Virus record (IMG/VR): IMGVR_UViG_3300012662_000008
Coordinates: 64,001-128,000 of that record
Length of the DNA: 64,000 nt
Strand: one strand, 5' to 3'
Source: a virus
Taxonomy: Duplodnaviria; Caudoviricetes
Below the pieces are notes generated by a model. The model saw nothing but the letters and a program-made list of their open reading frames with translations, did not search any database and was not told the origin of the DNA. The translations under genes were made by a program, and so were the position numbers. This document shows positions 47,278 to 59,053 of the stretch, in pieces; within the stretch, counting starts at the first letter, position 1; each line of letters starts with the position of its first letter.

Positions 47278-49702
47278 CTATACTTCTTTTATTTTGTCGT
47301 TATATGGGTTGCCGTCATATAATTGTGCAATCTCAGCTTGGGCTTGCGTTTCTTTTATTTCAGCAACTCGCATATCATAACTGTGTTTATCGGCAGCAAT
47401 CTTTTTATCCAACTCAAGACGATCACGTTCAAGAGCAAGTTTTTCGTTATTTGATTTCTCAAGTTGTTTTTCCATTTGCTGCATCTGTTCCTGCATCTGT
47501 TTAATTTGCTTCTCGTACTCTTTAACAGTTTGCTCGGCTTGGGTAGCTTGCTGTTGTAATTGCTGCAATTGTCCAGTTTCTGCCTTTTGTTTTTCAAGTG
47601 CGTCTTTCACAACCATTTTCAGTTCTGTAAGATTTTTTGCTGCGCTCATATCAACAATAAGTTCTGCGTTTGCTAAGCCTGCTTTTATAAGTTCTGCACA
47701 ATATGCTTTTAACGTCTCACGAGTCTGGAAAGCTTCTGTACTATCCTGGATGTGGATATCAAAATCTGTCATTGTGTAGTACTCAGGTAAAGCTGTGAAA
47801 ATCTGGTTCAATCTGGTGCCGTTAATAAGCGTACCGGCAATTCCTTTTTTAAATACGATTTTTGCTAAATTAAGCAGATCATAATTAACTTCCTTGTACA
47901 TCAAATCCATTGCAGAAAAATACTGCTTGGTAAGTAGTGTAGATTGCCTAATTCCAACCTTCACATTGCTCACTGCATCTCTCTGCTGGATTCCTCCTAA
48001 CTTTTCAGCAAATACTCCGGTAATCGAACTGGCTTGTTGTTCAATACTTTCAAGTACCATCTGAAAGGCTTGGATTGTTTGTGCTTTTATCGTGTCATCA
48101 TAACCGTTAAAAGCAGTATTAATCATCTGTGAACCTTCCATTGAAGAGTCAATTCACGCAACGCCCTGCTTTTTATATGCAAGCCATTTCTGTACTCGCT
48201 CGGGCATTTCTTCGCCAAGAAATTCAGGTAAGTGCGCTGCATCAAGAAAATCTCCAACTGTTCCAGACGATGCTATAAGGCTATCCCTATAGTAGATTGT
48301 AAGATCATATCTCGTTTTTGTTCACGTAGCTTCGCTAAGACTACGCCGCTTTCGCTGCTGCATATTTCTATGCAGTCCAGACTATATCATAACATTTCTG
48401 TTTCCCGTGCTTCGGAACGCTTGCTCCTACATAATAGTCGTTGAACCTTCCCAAAAGGGCTCGGCTGCTGGTTGTCTTCGTCTTTCTCGGTAAGAGTTTC
48501 CAGCAATTCTCGGGATTTACCCAGGACTAGATAAGTCAATCCTGCAAGTCCATGGTACTCAATAAGATAGAGAATGGGTCTCCATTCTTATCTGAAAAGA
48601 AAAGCCCATTTATACTAAGCGAGCAGTCATTTGGATTTGAAATGCTCCTCGTAATGCTTTTTGATTCACCACGAACTATATATATTTCTGTACCTATTTT
48701 AACTCCTTCGTGTCGAGTAAGTCGTTCTTTTTCTTTATCATATTCGATTCACTCGCATTCATAAACTTCATATGTATTCTCTTTTGCAATCGCAGACGCT
48801 CCTCTATTTTCCCTAATTGGATGTGCTTCCATCCCTCCGAGGATTCCAGGAGTTGATGTCATTGCACTAAACGGAGCCATATCTGTTTTCACATAAACGA
48901 AGTTATCATTTCTAACTCCTTGATCTTGGTGTGTCTCTAGTTTTTCTTTTGCTTCTTTTGAGAGATCATCGCCAAACTCGTCTAGGATTCTTTCTGCAGT
49001 CATTCATCGTCTAACAACTGCACGAGGAGATTTGTTAAGGTAAAATTCGTTAAAATTTCGCTCTACAAAAGTGTCTAGTGGATTTAATATTTCCAGACTA
49101 ATTGTGTCACCTTTTGGGCGTGTTCTATAATAACACATTCCCCCAATTAACAAGTCTGTTAATAGATCCCGCATTTTGTTTTTTAAGTCAATATCACGAG
49201 AGTTTTTAATATAATTTAAAATATTTTGTGCTGCTATTTCATATTCAGAGACGTAACTTCTTTCAGCGTCTTTCTTTATTCGTTCCATTTCTTGCTCGAA
49301 AAGAGCGTCAACAACTGGTTCTTTTCCGTCTCCAAAAACTTGTAAGATAACGTTATTTAACTGTTGTTCAAAATGCTTGTAAGCAGCCTCGTGTATCTTT
49401 AATTGCTTGTCTCGCATAATATTCGAGATTGTCTTGTCATCCTTGCAAGTAATCTGTAGATCCGGATCAAGCTCAAGATATTCACCAACCAACACATCTA
49501 CGTGCTTTTTAATCAATGGAGTAAACCCAACCGATGTTGGAGTTCCAATTCCATAGTTGTCTTCGATGTGTCTAAACTGTTCTTCGTCTCTCGTGCAATG
49601 ATAGTAATTGTAAGCTTTTCTCAACTGAACTTTATCATAAACTAACTCGTTAATACACTTGTTAATTTTTTCAATTTCCTTTTCTTTATTCATTGCATTC
49701 AT
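47278..49702 (-). CDS. Portal protein, 2 exons (49702-48539, 48312-47278), 732 aa, 3 TGA
   Basis: Spliced ..MDLQD|RYDL.. 'SSITGVF.E.LG.I.QRDAVSNV' crAss portal motif, coiled-coil tail. Confidence 0.88.
48313..48538 (-). mobile_element. Group I intron in the portal gene (226 nt, no ORF)
   Basis: P1 CAGGAU/GUCCUG, UUCAACGACUA / AUAUAGUCUG. Confidence 0.9.
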
Positions 49703-49970
49703 TTTTACACCCGTTATAAACGAGATCTATTTTATAAAAACCAACCCTTGTTAATTGCCTGGTTTTTAACTCTTTAATTATATATTTTTTGAACTGTTCA
49801 AAATCACCCTGGTAGGAAAGTATAAGTGGTACTAACTCGCGATCCAGATAAAGAAACAGACTTCACATATCCGGCTCGTCGAACCTAACTTCAATCTTGC
49901 CTATATATTGGGCTTCAGTCACCTCTTGGACTAGTTCAACTATTTGCTGCTGGTATTGTTCTATATCCAT
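49686..49970 (-). CDS. Small protein between TerL and portal, 94 aa, 1 TGA (absent from the ORF track)
   Basis: MDIEQYQQ..YIGKIEV..M-W-SLFLYL. Confidence 0.65.
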
Positions 49971-52900
49971 AATTTTCAGGTATTACTCCGTGTTTCTTCC
50001 GTCCATATTCATCAGTATATCAACCAATATCTTTCCACTGCTTTTTAACAGTATCGACCTTTCCAACAGTAAGACCAGACATATCTTCATCGCCAAGCTC
50101 GCACATGCCTAAACTTGCGATAATATCGAATTTTCTTTTATTTTCATAAGTATAATTCAACATCTGGTCCAACATTTCATCAAAATCAATTGTATGCCAG
50201 TAGTCATTTATAAAAGCAGCAATAAGTTCCAATTCATGTCGTATAACTGCTTCAGTACCAGGCACTCCAATAAGTTTCTTTGTATTTGGCGATCTTGTGG
50301 TCTTCTTGGTAATTGCAAAATCTGGACGAGCCATAAAAAGATGTTCTTTGTGTTTTTCCCGAAAATAAGTCTGTATCGAGATTTTGGTGTACTCCAACAT
50401 CGCTTTGCAATCATATCAAGTAAGCAACTTCATTGTAAGATCGTATGCTTCACGTATATCTTGTGGTCGATATTTGTACATTGCTACATATTTCGGTTCA
50501 TTAAGTCCAAAAACACGCTTCTTTATAACAACACAGAAATCAGAAACATCACTATCTTGTGCAGAGTCAGATCTACCCATATCAATTGCATCTATTCCAG
50601 CAACATATAAGTTTTTATAAGGTTTGTTTGTTTCTGGATCAATAAGTGGTGGTTCTACAACAAGCAAGTGTGAACTACGACTTTCAACTGCTTTAACTTT
50701 GCTCATCGAAACTGCTCCTCCAGCCGTATCTCAGAGTAATTGCATTTTCTTCGGTTTTATCCCTGCCCCGTGTATTTTAAGTTGCACAATTCTTTCAGTA
50801 ATTGCAGCAGCATCAAAAACGTTGTCACCATGCTTGGACAACGCTTCACGTGGTATAAAACAGTGTTCTGCGCACTCGTTAAGATAGTCTTTGTCAGAAA
50901 GATTTTCTCGCTGCTTTTCATAAAATGCCTTTAATTTTGGTCAGTTTGTAACTCCTCGATTATCAAGATATTTCGACACAAGACCGAATTTATGTGCAGG
51001 TATAAAAAATGCAGTCAGATCTGGTCGCCCATCATCAGAGTCGTAGTTTTTATAAGGTAGTATGTTATATCCGTTTGGGTTAAGGAACATTGTTCGTAGG
51101 CCCTCAAGTTTGACATCATCTCCCAATTTTGTTATCGTAGTGGTTTTTTATCCTCTACTTCTAAAACTTTTGCTTCGTTTTAGTTCAGCGTACATTTTCA
51201 CCCGTTCTGGGGTCGAGCACTCTTGGAGACATTATATTTATTCAGTCTCTACGCGTTACGGTGCTAAATAACCTTTCGTAATTTATTTAGTTACCTCGGT
51301 ATTTGCATTCCAGCCTCTACCGATTTTGCTCGATTTCAAAACAGAAGATCCCTCTTCTGCCAGGCAGAACATTTTATAAATGTCATATTTTCTGTCAAGA
51401 TAAATTGTAGAGTTAGAGTATAAAAGTCTACTTACAGCCCTTGCCTTCCTGCTGTTATAATACAGTGTAGATGCTTTTGATAAATATGCATTACAACTAT
51501 TATTTCTAATATGTCCAGTAATTCCTAAAAATTGTTCAACGCCTTTTAAAAATTCTTCGGTTCCACAAAAACTTAACTGAAATTTTCTTCCATGTTTTCC
51601 AAAGTAGATTCCCAATGAACCATCACCGTCGCAATATCCTCTAATAAAATCATAAATTAAATTTCGATGTTTAAAGATATTCTCCGGAGGAAATTTTAAA
51701 ATCAAGGATTTTGCGGGAACGCAACCCTTATCATATAAAGCTTGTCACATATGTTTATTTCTAACGGAAAACCTGCATATTATAGAACCGTGGTTATCGC
51801 ACAATCTTGTTTTTGCTTCCGATTTTAAAAATTTCTTAAATTTATTCATATGATCTAAATCTCCAACAGAAAGATTCATTTCAATTTTATCTTCGTTTTT
51901 AGCAATATTACCATCTGCATACATAAAACCTAACCAATACGCTTTCTCCTCTGTGTCTATAACATCAAACATTGTTTGGTCTATTTTAACTATATTTGTA
52001 TAATTTATAACAGGAAGCCCTTTTGCTTTTATGTATTTTGCAAGAGTTTGTCTTTTAATTCCATACTTTTTATATAACTTTGTCAAACTCCTTTCCTTTT
52101 CAGGAGTCTGAAAGTATTCTTCTATAATTTTATCTATCAATTCAATATAACGTTCTCTATCCATGATATTACTAGTTATAAAATGTTAATATATTTACCT
52201 GTACCAACCGCAAACCTAGTTCCAAACTTTTGTCCACCCAATGAAACAAGAGCATCACCTTTAATTCAGGAGTCTGTTAAGGCGGGGTTAGATCCACCCT
52301 CATCGTAGATCAAACGGTCAGTTCTAGATCCTCTCACCTTGTCTGACGTATCTGCCACAATGCTGTTTATCTGGGACATTCACCCATATTCGACATTGTC
52401 CTTTGTCTTTTTGGATGCCCTTTTTGTGTCATTATTGTTTATAACAAGTCTAGCATGCCGCAACCCACCAGTAGTATTCATATTCAGCCAATCAAGCTGT
52501 CTTCAGCACTTTTCTCGTAATGGTTGCAATTTTGCTTCAGCTGCACAAGTTATGATAACGTTGTAGTTTGGTAGTACTGTATATGGCCTAACTGCTAGAT
52601 TTGCCAAAATTTCCGATAGCCCTCAATTTGTTATCCTACCGGCTTTTTATCCGGTAGCTCTTCAGATTTCTCTGAAGTTCAGCGCACATTTTCATCCTTT
52701 TTAGGATGCTCCGCACTCGTGGAAGGATTATTACTCTCTTTAACGTTCACCTTCTGCGCGTTACGGTACTCAGCGATTAACTGAGTTACCTCGGTATTAA
52801 CATAATGATTAAATTTATCATACTTTCTTTTCATAAAGAAGTTTGCGTTTTTATATAGATAATTAAAAATTTTTGGCAATTGTGAAGTTGCAGCACTAAG

Positions 52901-54291
52901 CGTAAACATATTGTCACGATTGGTATGACAAATATTGCATTTTACATTGTTTTTCTCAAGCTCGTTTTTAATATCTTCTAGCATGCTTTTTGTTTTAGAG
53001 ACAATTGAAAAATTTGCACGAAACCTCTCGTTCTTTTTATATTTCAGGTCTGGTTTTATATAATAACCGCTAACACAACCATCTCCGTCGAAATATCCAC
53101 GTATAAAATGTGGAATCAGATCTTTTGGTATGTTTGGTATATGATTTTCTGCTCATGTTTTTCTGTAACCGAGCCCAAGAGCAACTAAATCTTGGCAGAG
53201 TGTTGTACTGTTTATATCTACACCGTACGTTGTTGCACACTCATAAATTTCTCCATGTCTGCCAATTTTTTGTTTTCCGCGTTCAATAACAAACGTTCTT
53301 GCAGTTGGACAAATGATATCCTTAAAATAGTTAACAATATATGCATCGTCGTAGCTAAGATGTATCCTAAACGTTTTTCGTTTTTCATTTATATTTCCAT
53401 CGGACGCATATAATCCAAGAAGATATGCTTGCATCTCTGTTTCGATCTTTGAAAAAAATGTATGGCGCATATATCTCTTACTTCGTATATGCTTTTCCAT
53501 AGGATAATTATCCTCTATAAACTTAATTTGTTCTTCTTTATTCATAATAATCGTGATTCAATCACATTTCATTTTAGTTTCTACCGATTTTGCGAAGTTT
53601 ATTACCTATATATTACTATATAGGAGCACATATTATTTATGCCACGGGCTTTTAATATACAAACATCTTTATGTAGTTTTTCGCACATATCTACGTAATG
53701 AAAAAACTCATATTGCTTTGCCAGGAAAGATGGAAATGCCTCTTTTCGACCTGCTCCAGAAACTGCATTTTCAACAACAGTTTCCATTCTATAAAAGTTC
53801 AAAAAGAAATAATGATCTCCAGTAATCCTATATCGTCCAACAGTGTAACCGTTCTTACATCGATCGATTTGTTCCATCCAAAATTCCCTTCATTTTTTTG
53901 ATCCTTCTGGAAACTCGGTAAAAGCCCCGTCACGATCATATATAGCAGCCGTTTCTCTAAAAGGAGTCGGGTCAAAATCGAGACCTTTCTGCATTGTAAT
54001 CGGTCTGTAGCCAGTTAATTCATAAGAAAGTTCTGGATCGAAATATTGTATTTCTTCGTCAATTGGAACATCTCACTCTTCCCCAGGACGAGCTTTGTGA
54101 ATATTTGTTTTTGCATTCATCATTTCTTCGATTTCTGCGTCACTCTGTGCCTGTTGCTCATTTTGCTCTTTAAAAAGTTGCTCAATTAATGCAGCCTCAG
54201 ATTTCATGCTAAAATCGGGGAGTCTTTTCTTTTGATCAACAATCCGCTCTTTCTCTGGCGGTAGTTCTATATTTGGTGTTTTTCTAGCCAT
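49885..54291 (-). CDS. terL: Terminase large subunit, 3 exons (54291-53639, 52623-52197, 51123-49885), ~772 aa, 12 TGA
   Basis: Spliced Walker A LKARGI|GLSE, Walker B RLIYDEGG, GTG|GD, RNase H-like YVAGIDAID..SDF. Confidence 0.9.
51124..52196 (-). mobile_element. Group I intron 2 of TerL (1073 nt)
   Basis: U|..G| ends. P7 GCGUA/UACGC, AUCGGUA/UACCGAG. IGS GCCUG near 51360. Confidence 0.85.
51283..52164 (-). CDS. Intron-encoded double LAGLIDADG endonuclease, 293 aa, 1 TGA
   Basis: AYWLGFMYADG and FIRGYCDGDG. Confidence 0.88.
52624..53638 (-). mobile_element. Group I intron 1 of TerL (1015 nt)
   Basis: P1 GGCAU/GUGCU, P7 GCGCA/UGCGC. Confidence 0.85.
52631..53545 (-). CDS. Intron-encoded double LAGLIDADG endonuclease, ~304 aa, 2 TGA
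   Basis: AYLLGLYASDG and FIRGYFDGDG. Confidence 0.85.
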
Positions 54292-54292
54292 A

Positions 54293-54871
54293 CTAATCCA
54301 AAAGTCCTAATTTGACATCTCCCCGAACTTTTTCGCCACTCTCAGCAAGATCTCTCTTGTGTGTAGCTTCTAGTTCTTGGAGTTGCTTTCGTATTTCGGA
54401 GATGGACTTAATATCTGCTATAACGTCTTTTGGTTTGTATAACGGACGCCCATCTGCATCTATGTCGTTATTAAAATCTATATTATCCAAAAACACCTGC
54501 ATCTTATGCAGTGTCTTATATGCAGTTTTAATTAACGATAAAATTGGGTCTGACTCTTGTATTTCTTGGTACTTATGATATGCTGCCAGAAAAAGTTCAT
54601 CTTTCAGATCATCTTCGCATAATCCAGAATCATCCAATGCAGCTTCGTGCTTGTCTTTCTCTAGATATTGAAAGTACGGAGATTTGAAATCCAGAACTAA
54701 ATAAATATATGTAAACTCCTTATATGCACGGAGTCTCATCTTTCCACTCTTATCTTCCTTACACTTATTTCTAGCTATATCTCACAAGTCCTTAAATTCT
54801 TTTACAAGTAGGACACTATACTCTTCTATTGTTAACTTATTTTCTGCGTTATCAAACACAAAAAAATTCAT
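54293..54871 (-). CDS. Conserved protein upstream of TerL (possible small terminase), 192 aa
   Basis: Extends via TGA (EFKDL-W-D) to ATG 54871. Position adjacent to TerL. Confidence 0.55.
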
Positions 54872-55524
54872 TACTTCTTATCTGCTGCGTTTTTCATTGG
54901 GAAACCAGGTTTGATTCCCGCCTTCTCTAAAAGTGCTCCAACATAGTTAACTACAGCCGCAGAGTCTGCACCATGCAGATCATTGAATGGGCCATATCCA
55001 TTATAAACGGACGTTACTCCATTTTTATCGGCGTTAACATATAGATGGTTATCCAGGTAGTCGCCCATTGCGACATTAAAATCACTATTCGGATCTTTCT
55101 TTTGATTCACAGTTAATGATTTACGTGTTGGAGCAGCCTCTACTTGAACGGTCCCGTCCGATCCGTATTCTTGTGAAACATACTTGTTTCTTGAAATTCA
55201 TTCTGGAACTTTTGTTTTTGTGCCATCCTGCGCTTTAACTAAAAGTTGTTCCAACTTCCCACCCTTCTTAAAAAGACCTGCCTGTTGTGCGGCTTGAGCA
55301 GCAACTTGATCGATCTGATCGTGGTATTGTGAGTAGATTGTTACAACTCCCTGCAAAAGCTCTTTATCTTCCTGGAGCATCTGCATTGCTTGTTGTGGCT
55401 GTTTCTTGATCTGGGCAACTAACTCATCCGGGAAATCTGCACCAGCTTGTTTGAATGCCTGTGCATATATTTCTGGAACTAAACAAAACGTCTGTGCAGC
55501 TGCTTGTAGTGTTTTTTCATCCAT
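54871..55524 (-). CDS. Q/A-rich protein with FKKGG motif, 217 aa, 1 TGA
   Basis: Pieces in frame across TGA 55198. Confidence 0.6.
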
Positions 55525-55525
55525 A

Positions 55526-55762
55526 TTAAATGTGTACTAAATCCTTTGTAGAGAAAACTGCCTCTTGCAGTTCCCCATCTTTTGAAAACCACCTACAACG
55601 CAGGCCAGTAAAAATAGACTCACGTTCGGATGATTCTTTATTTATAAAAGTTTTTGTAACTTTTTCTACAACGTACATTGCTGGTCTATTATCCAGCTCT
55701 TCGTGTCGTACCACTACTATATCTCCGGGCACGAAATAGATCTTGTCATTTTCAGTGATCAT
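55526..55762 (-). CDS. Small SH3-like (DUF2158/YodC-like) protein
   Basis: 'PGDIVV..P.M.V...C.WF..DG.L....F...DL'. Confidence 0.65.
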   Translation of the reverse strand: MITENDKIYFVPGDIVVVRHEELDNRPAMYVVEKVTKTFINKESSERESIFTGLRCRWFSKDGELQEAVFSTKDLVHI

Positions 55763-55763
55763 A

Positions 55764-56150
55764 TTACTTTTTAACTATTCTACATATTATATTTGTTTCA
55801 TTAATTGCTCGATATCCCTTGTTCCTAAAAGGAATCGGTTGTGCAATCATTTTAACAGCAATAACATCATCTCCTACATTAACATATTTGCATGCTGGTC
55901 CTACTGCAACAACCTTGGCAACAGCCATATATTCTTCAGAGTCCTCCATTTCTCCGGTCTCATTCGATTTATATCGCTTGTTCCCTTCCAATCCTAAAAT
56001 CAATCCACTCTCAGTCTTTTCTAGTTCGCGATATGGATTTTCATCATAAAATTTCAGGATCACATTCATATTGCATGGCGTTATCTCAACTTCATCTGTG
56101 TTAATATCTTTTATATTCTTTTCTAAAATTGTTTTTGCTACGTTATTCAT
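55764..56150 (-). CDS. groES: GroES-like co-chaperonin
   Basis: 'TESGLIL', 'AKVVAVGP...VNVGD.V', 'INE.NI'. Confidence 0.75.
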   Translation of the reverse strand: MNNVAKTILEKNIKDINTDEVEITPCNMNVILKFYDENPYRELEKTESGLILGLEGNKRYKSNETGEMEDSEEYMAVAKVVAVGPACKYVNVGDDVIAVKMIAQPIPFRNKGYRAINETNIICRIVKK

Positions 56151-56367
56151 TTCACTTGTTCATTAAACATTTTTCATCTTTCACTCTAGTCTTGGCTGAC
56201 AAAAGGCATCCACAGAGACTGCAGATCGCTTCGTTTTTTGTCAGTCTTATGCGCTGATCGCAGCTAGCGCATATATCTAGCCTTTTCTTGGCTAGTGCTG
56301 TATTTCTTTTAAAAAGCCAGTTCCATCAACCGACTATTATATGTTTTATTTCTATAAAAATATTCAT
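56143..56367 (-). CDS. Cys-rich Zn-binding small protein, 74 aa, 2 TGA
   Basis: RLDICASC..C..CGC.L..K.....KC...KW, paralog of the next gene. Confidence 0.7.
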
Positions 56368-56582
56368 TATCAAAATCCTGCTACACAATGACTATCTACG
56401 TGAGGTGTTTTTTTCTCCAAAAAACATCCGCAACCTTTAACATATCCTTCCTTTGGCAAAAAGGAGGTCTTACCTTCTTTATTTATATATTTACTAGAAT
56501 TGCAAACTGGGCCAAACTGGCTCATTTTGTACAACCCACATTTTTCACATATTGCCAACCGTTTTTCAGAAAGTGTACTCAT
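56367..56582 (-). CDS. Cys-rich Zn-binding small protein, ending W(TGA)-TAA
   Basis: RLAICEKC..GCGC.L.KK...HC.AG.W. Confidence 0.7.
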
Positions 56583-57532
56583 TATATTATAAAAGGTTTA
56601 TCGCGGTCTAATTCCGCTTGGATTTTCTTTTGTTTCTTGTAGTGAGCAATCATATGCTCAACGTCCTCTTTAAGATATTGGCACGGATATTCAACCTCTG
56701 TGCCGTCGTCCTTCAACTGTACAATCATAAGACCTTTTACAACTAAGTCGGGCCTTTGCTGCTGTATCATTCATGCATACAGGCTCGTTTGCAATTGATA
56801 ATGGTTAAAATTGCAATCATCTAGGTTGTTTAACGGAAATTGCATTTTAACACTTTTCCCTGTTTTTTTGTTAAAATAGCTTTTTTTATCAATTGTTTTA
56901 GATGTTTTTCAATCAATAATATATAAGTCTGTCCCATGTACAACAACTAGATCAGATATTCCTGCAAGCATCAACTCCCCGTCATCAGATTGCCATTGTA
57001 TAAGAAATTCTGGATAAACTCCATTCTGGAGATCAAGTTTGTAGTAATTTTCTCTACACTCAAATTCTCCTTTTAAGTCTTTATAACCGTACTTTCCAAA
57101 ATCAAACTGATTTTTGTTATAAAAAGACAATTCTTTCTTCTCGTGTGCAAGAGTTCCCTTTATGCAGGCATCGTTCCTTTTTCTCTCGTACTCGGCGAGT
57201 ATTTCAGATTTCTTTTGTTCAAAATCAGCTAAGTTAACGCCTAATTTACTAAGTAAACGCAGGTCGAACCGTTTTGTAGTAAGAAGAGTTGTTTTAATTG
57301 GCAACCAAACTTCCATTGGAAGCAGTGCCTCCAATGCTTTATAAGACGATCAAAAATTTTCATCGAATGGCTGTCCGTACGAATTTACAATGGTTGTGCA
57401 AGAAACGTACGTTTTCATTGTTTCTTTATTGTAGTACTTATGCTGTTCGTCATTAAAAAAACAAACGTCGTTTTCTTTATCTATTTTTATATCTTTAAAA
57501 AACCTTTCTTTTTCATTGTGTCCTGCTGGCAT
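56582..57532 (-). CDS. PD-(D/E)XK exonuclease-like protein, 316 aa, 3 TGA
   Basis: 'GT..H', 'AGISDL', IID-W-KT, 'HYQLQ.SLYA'. Confidence 0.85.
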
Positions 57533-57780
57533 AATTCATTTTCATTAAACATTAATTATCTTTTAAACTTCTTTATTATATCGTTGTACGGATTTGGAGA
57601 AACATTATCATATCATTTATAATTTTCATTGAGCTCTTTTATTAATTCATCTTGGCTCATTTTTGTTTCTTCCAAAAACTCAACTCACGAATATATGTAT
57701 CCGAAAAAATATCACAATTATCTAATTGCGTTTTTTGTTTGTTGTTTTCCTTTCTACTATAATCATCTGCTGGCTGTATC

Positions 57781-58281
57781 TTATTCGCCAGATTCTGATA
57801 TTTCTTTATTTTCATCACTTTTTGTTATTGACAACGTTCCAATCTTTCTAACATCATAACCCTTTTCACGGGCAATTTCAGAAAATTCTTTGTTATTAAA
57901 CAAACTTTCATTGTTTTCTTTACATCTGGCAAAAACTTCGTCTCCGAAACCTTTCTCAGGTTCCCTTAAAGGACATAATGAATTGATACACAACGCGTTA
58001 GAACATTGCATTAGGTCTGATTTTAATCCGTTTATTTCTTCATGAGCCTTTGCATTCATTTCAAAAAGTTCACGATTTCGACTCTCTTGACTCTTAATTG
58101 TTTCTTGCATTGCACGAAAAGCATCTGCATAAGATTGCATCTCTGTCTGTTTAGTGGCAGCCTCGATTGCCTTGTTATCTATTTCTGGTTTTCTCTTAGC
58201 TGCCTTAGGGTTTAAAAGAAACATAAAACTTCCACCAGTTAATGCTCCTATTATCATTGATATTATAGATACCCAATCCAT
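57781..58281 (-). CDS. Holin-like protein (N-terminal TM plus coiled coil)
   Basis: MDWVSIISMIIGALTGG hydrophobic N-terminus, C-terminal C..C..CP.R. Confidence 0.5.
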   Translation of the reverse strand: MDWVSIISMIIGALTGGSFMFLLNPKAAKRKPEIDNKAIEAATKQTEMQSYADAFRAMQETIKSQESRNRELFEMNAKAHEEINGLKSDLMQCSNALCINSLCPLREPEKGFGDEVFARCKENNESLFNNKEFSEIAREKGYDVRKIGTLSITKSDENKEISESGE

Positions 58282-58333
58282 TCATATATTTGTTATTAGT
58301 TTTAGTTTATTAACTTATTGTTCCATTCTGCCG

Positions 58334-58402
58334 CAAATATATAAAAAATAATTGATTTCTGCAACTTTTGTTTTGTTATTCTCCAGATTTTTTATATATT
58401 TG
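58334..58402. promoter_or_regulatory. Divergent Bacteroidota promoters
   Basis: Minus TATATTTG 58334-41, plus TTTG-N19-TATATTTG 58372-58402. Confidence 0.6.
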
Positions 58403-58425
58403 CAGATCATTAAAAATAAAATATT

Positions 58426-58662
58426 ATGGACATATTTAGACTACTTAACTTAGTTGGGGCATACACCCCAATTCCTGCTTTTAGAGATGGCGGTCTTATA
58501 AAAGCAAAATCTGGTATTCATATAAAACCAGAAAATGAGGGGAAATTAACAAACCTAAAAAAGAGAACAGGAAAAACAGAGGCTGAACTCTGAAAAGATG
58601 GCGATGCATCCGTTAGAAAGATGATCACATTCGCTAGAAATGCAAGAAAGTGAAAACATTAA
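58426..58662 (+). CDS. Small basic crAss-type protein, 78 aa, 2 TGA
   Basis: SGIHIKPENEGK...FARNARK-W-KH. Confidence 0.75.
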
Positions 58663-59048
58663 TGAAAGTTATTTATAACAAAATTTTGCCGGTGCCTGGA
58701 TTTTATGCTATCACGATCCTAAAATGGATTTTTATTAGAGAAGAGTACAGAAAGTACGATGGCACAGAGACTTACAAAAGAATGCTTAGACACGAGGGGG
58801 TCCATTATGCACAGATAATGGATTTTACTCCAGATTGTTTTCCAGAATGGCTTAGGCTTTTAATTGGGGGAATTTGTTTTTATCTCCTTTACTTGCTTGA
58901 GTGGCTTTGGAAACTTATCCCTTGCGCAATTAAAAAGCATGATGCTTACAGAATGATTTCTTTTGAACAGGAAGCATACGAGCACGAAAATGAACTAGAT
59001 TATAAAAGAAAGAGATTTGATTGAATTAAAAATATTTTTAAAATATAA
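58662..59048 (+). CDS. Membrane-associated HExxH zincin-like protein
   Basis: RHEGVH..Q, 'AYRMISFEQEAY'. Confidence 0.75.
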
Positions 59049-59053
59049 TTTTT

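Noticed and set aside
51124-53638. Inteins in TerL
   Set aside because: The endonuclease ORFs have their own starts and stops, lack C...HN ends, and are flanked by group I RNA elements
56582-57532. Cas4 as part of a CRISPR system
   Set aside because: Stand-alone PD-(D/E)XK nuclease without the Fe-S Cys cluster or an array
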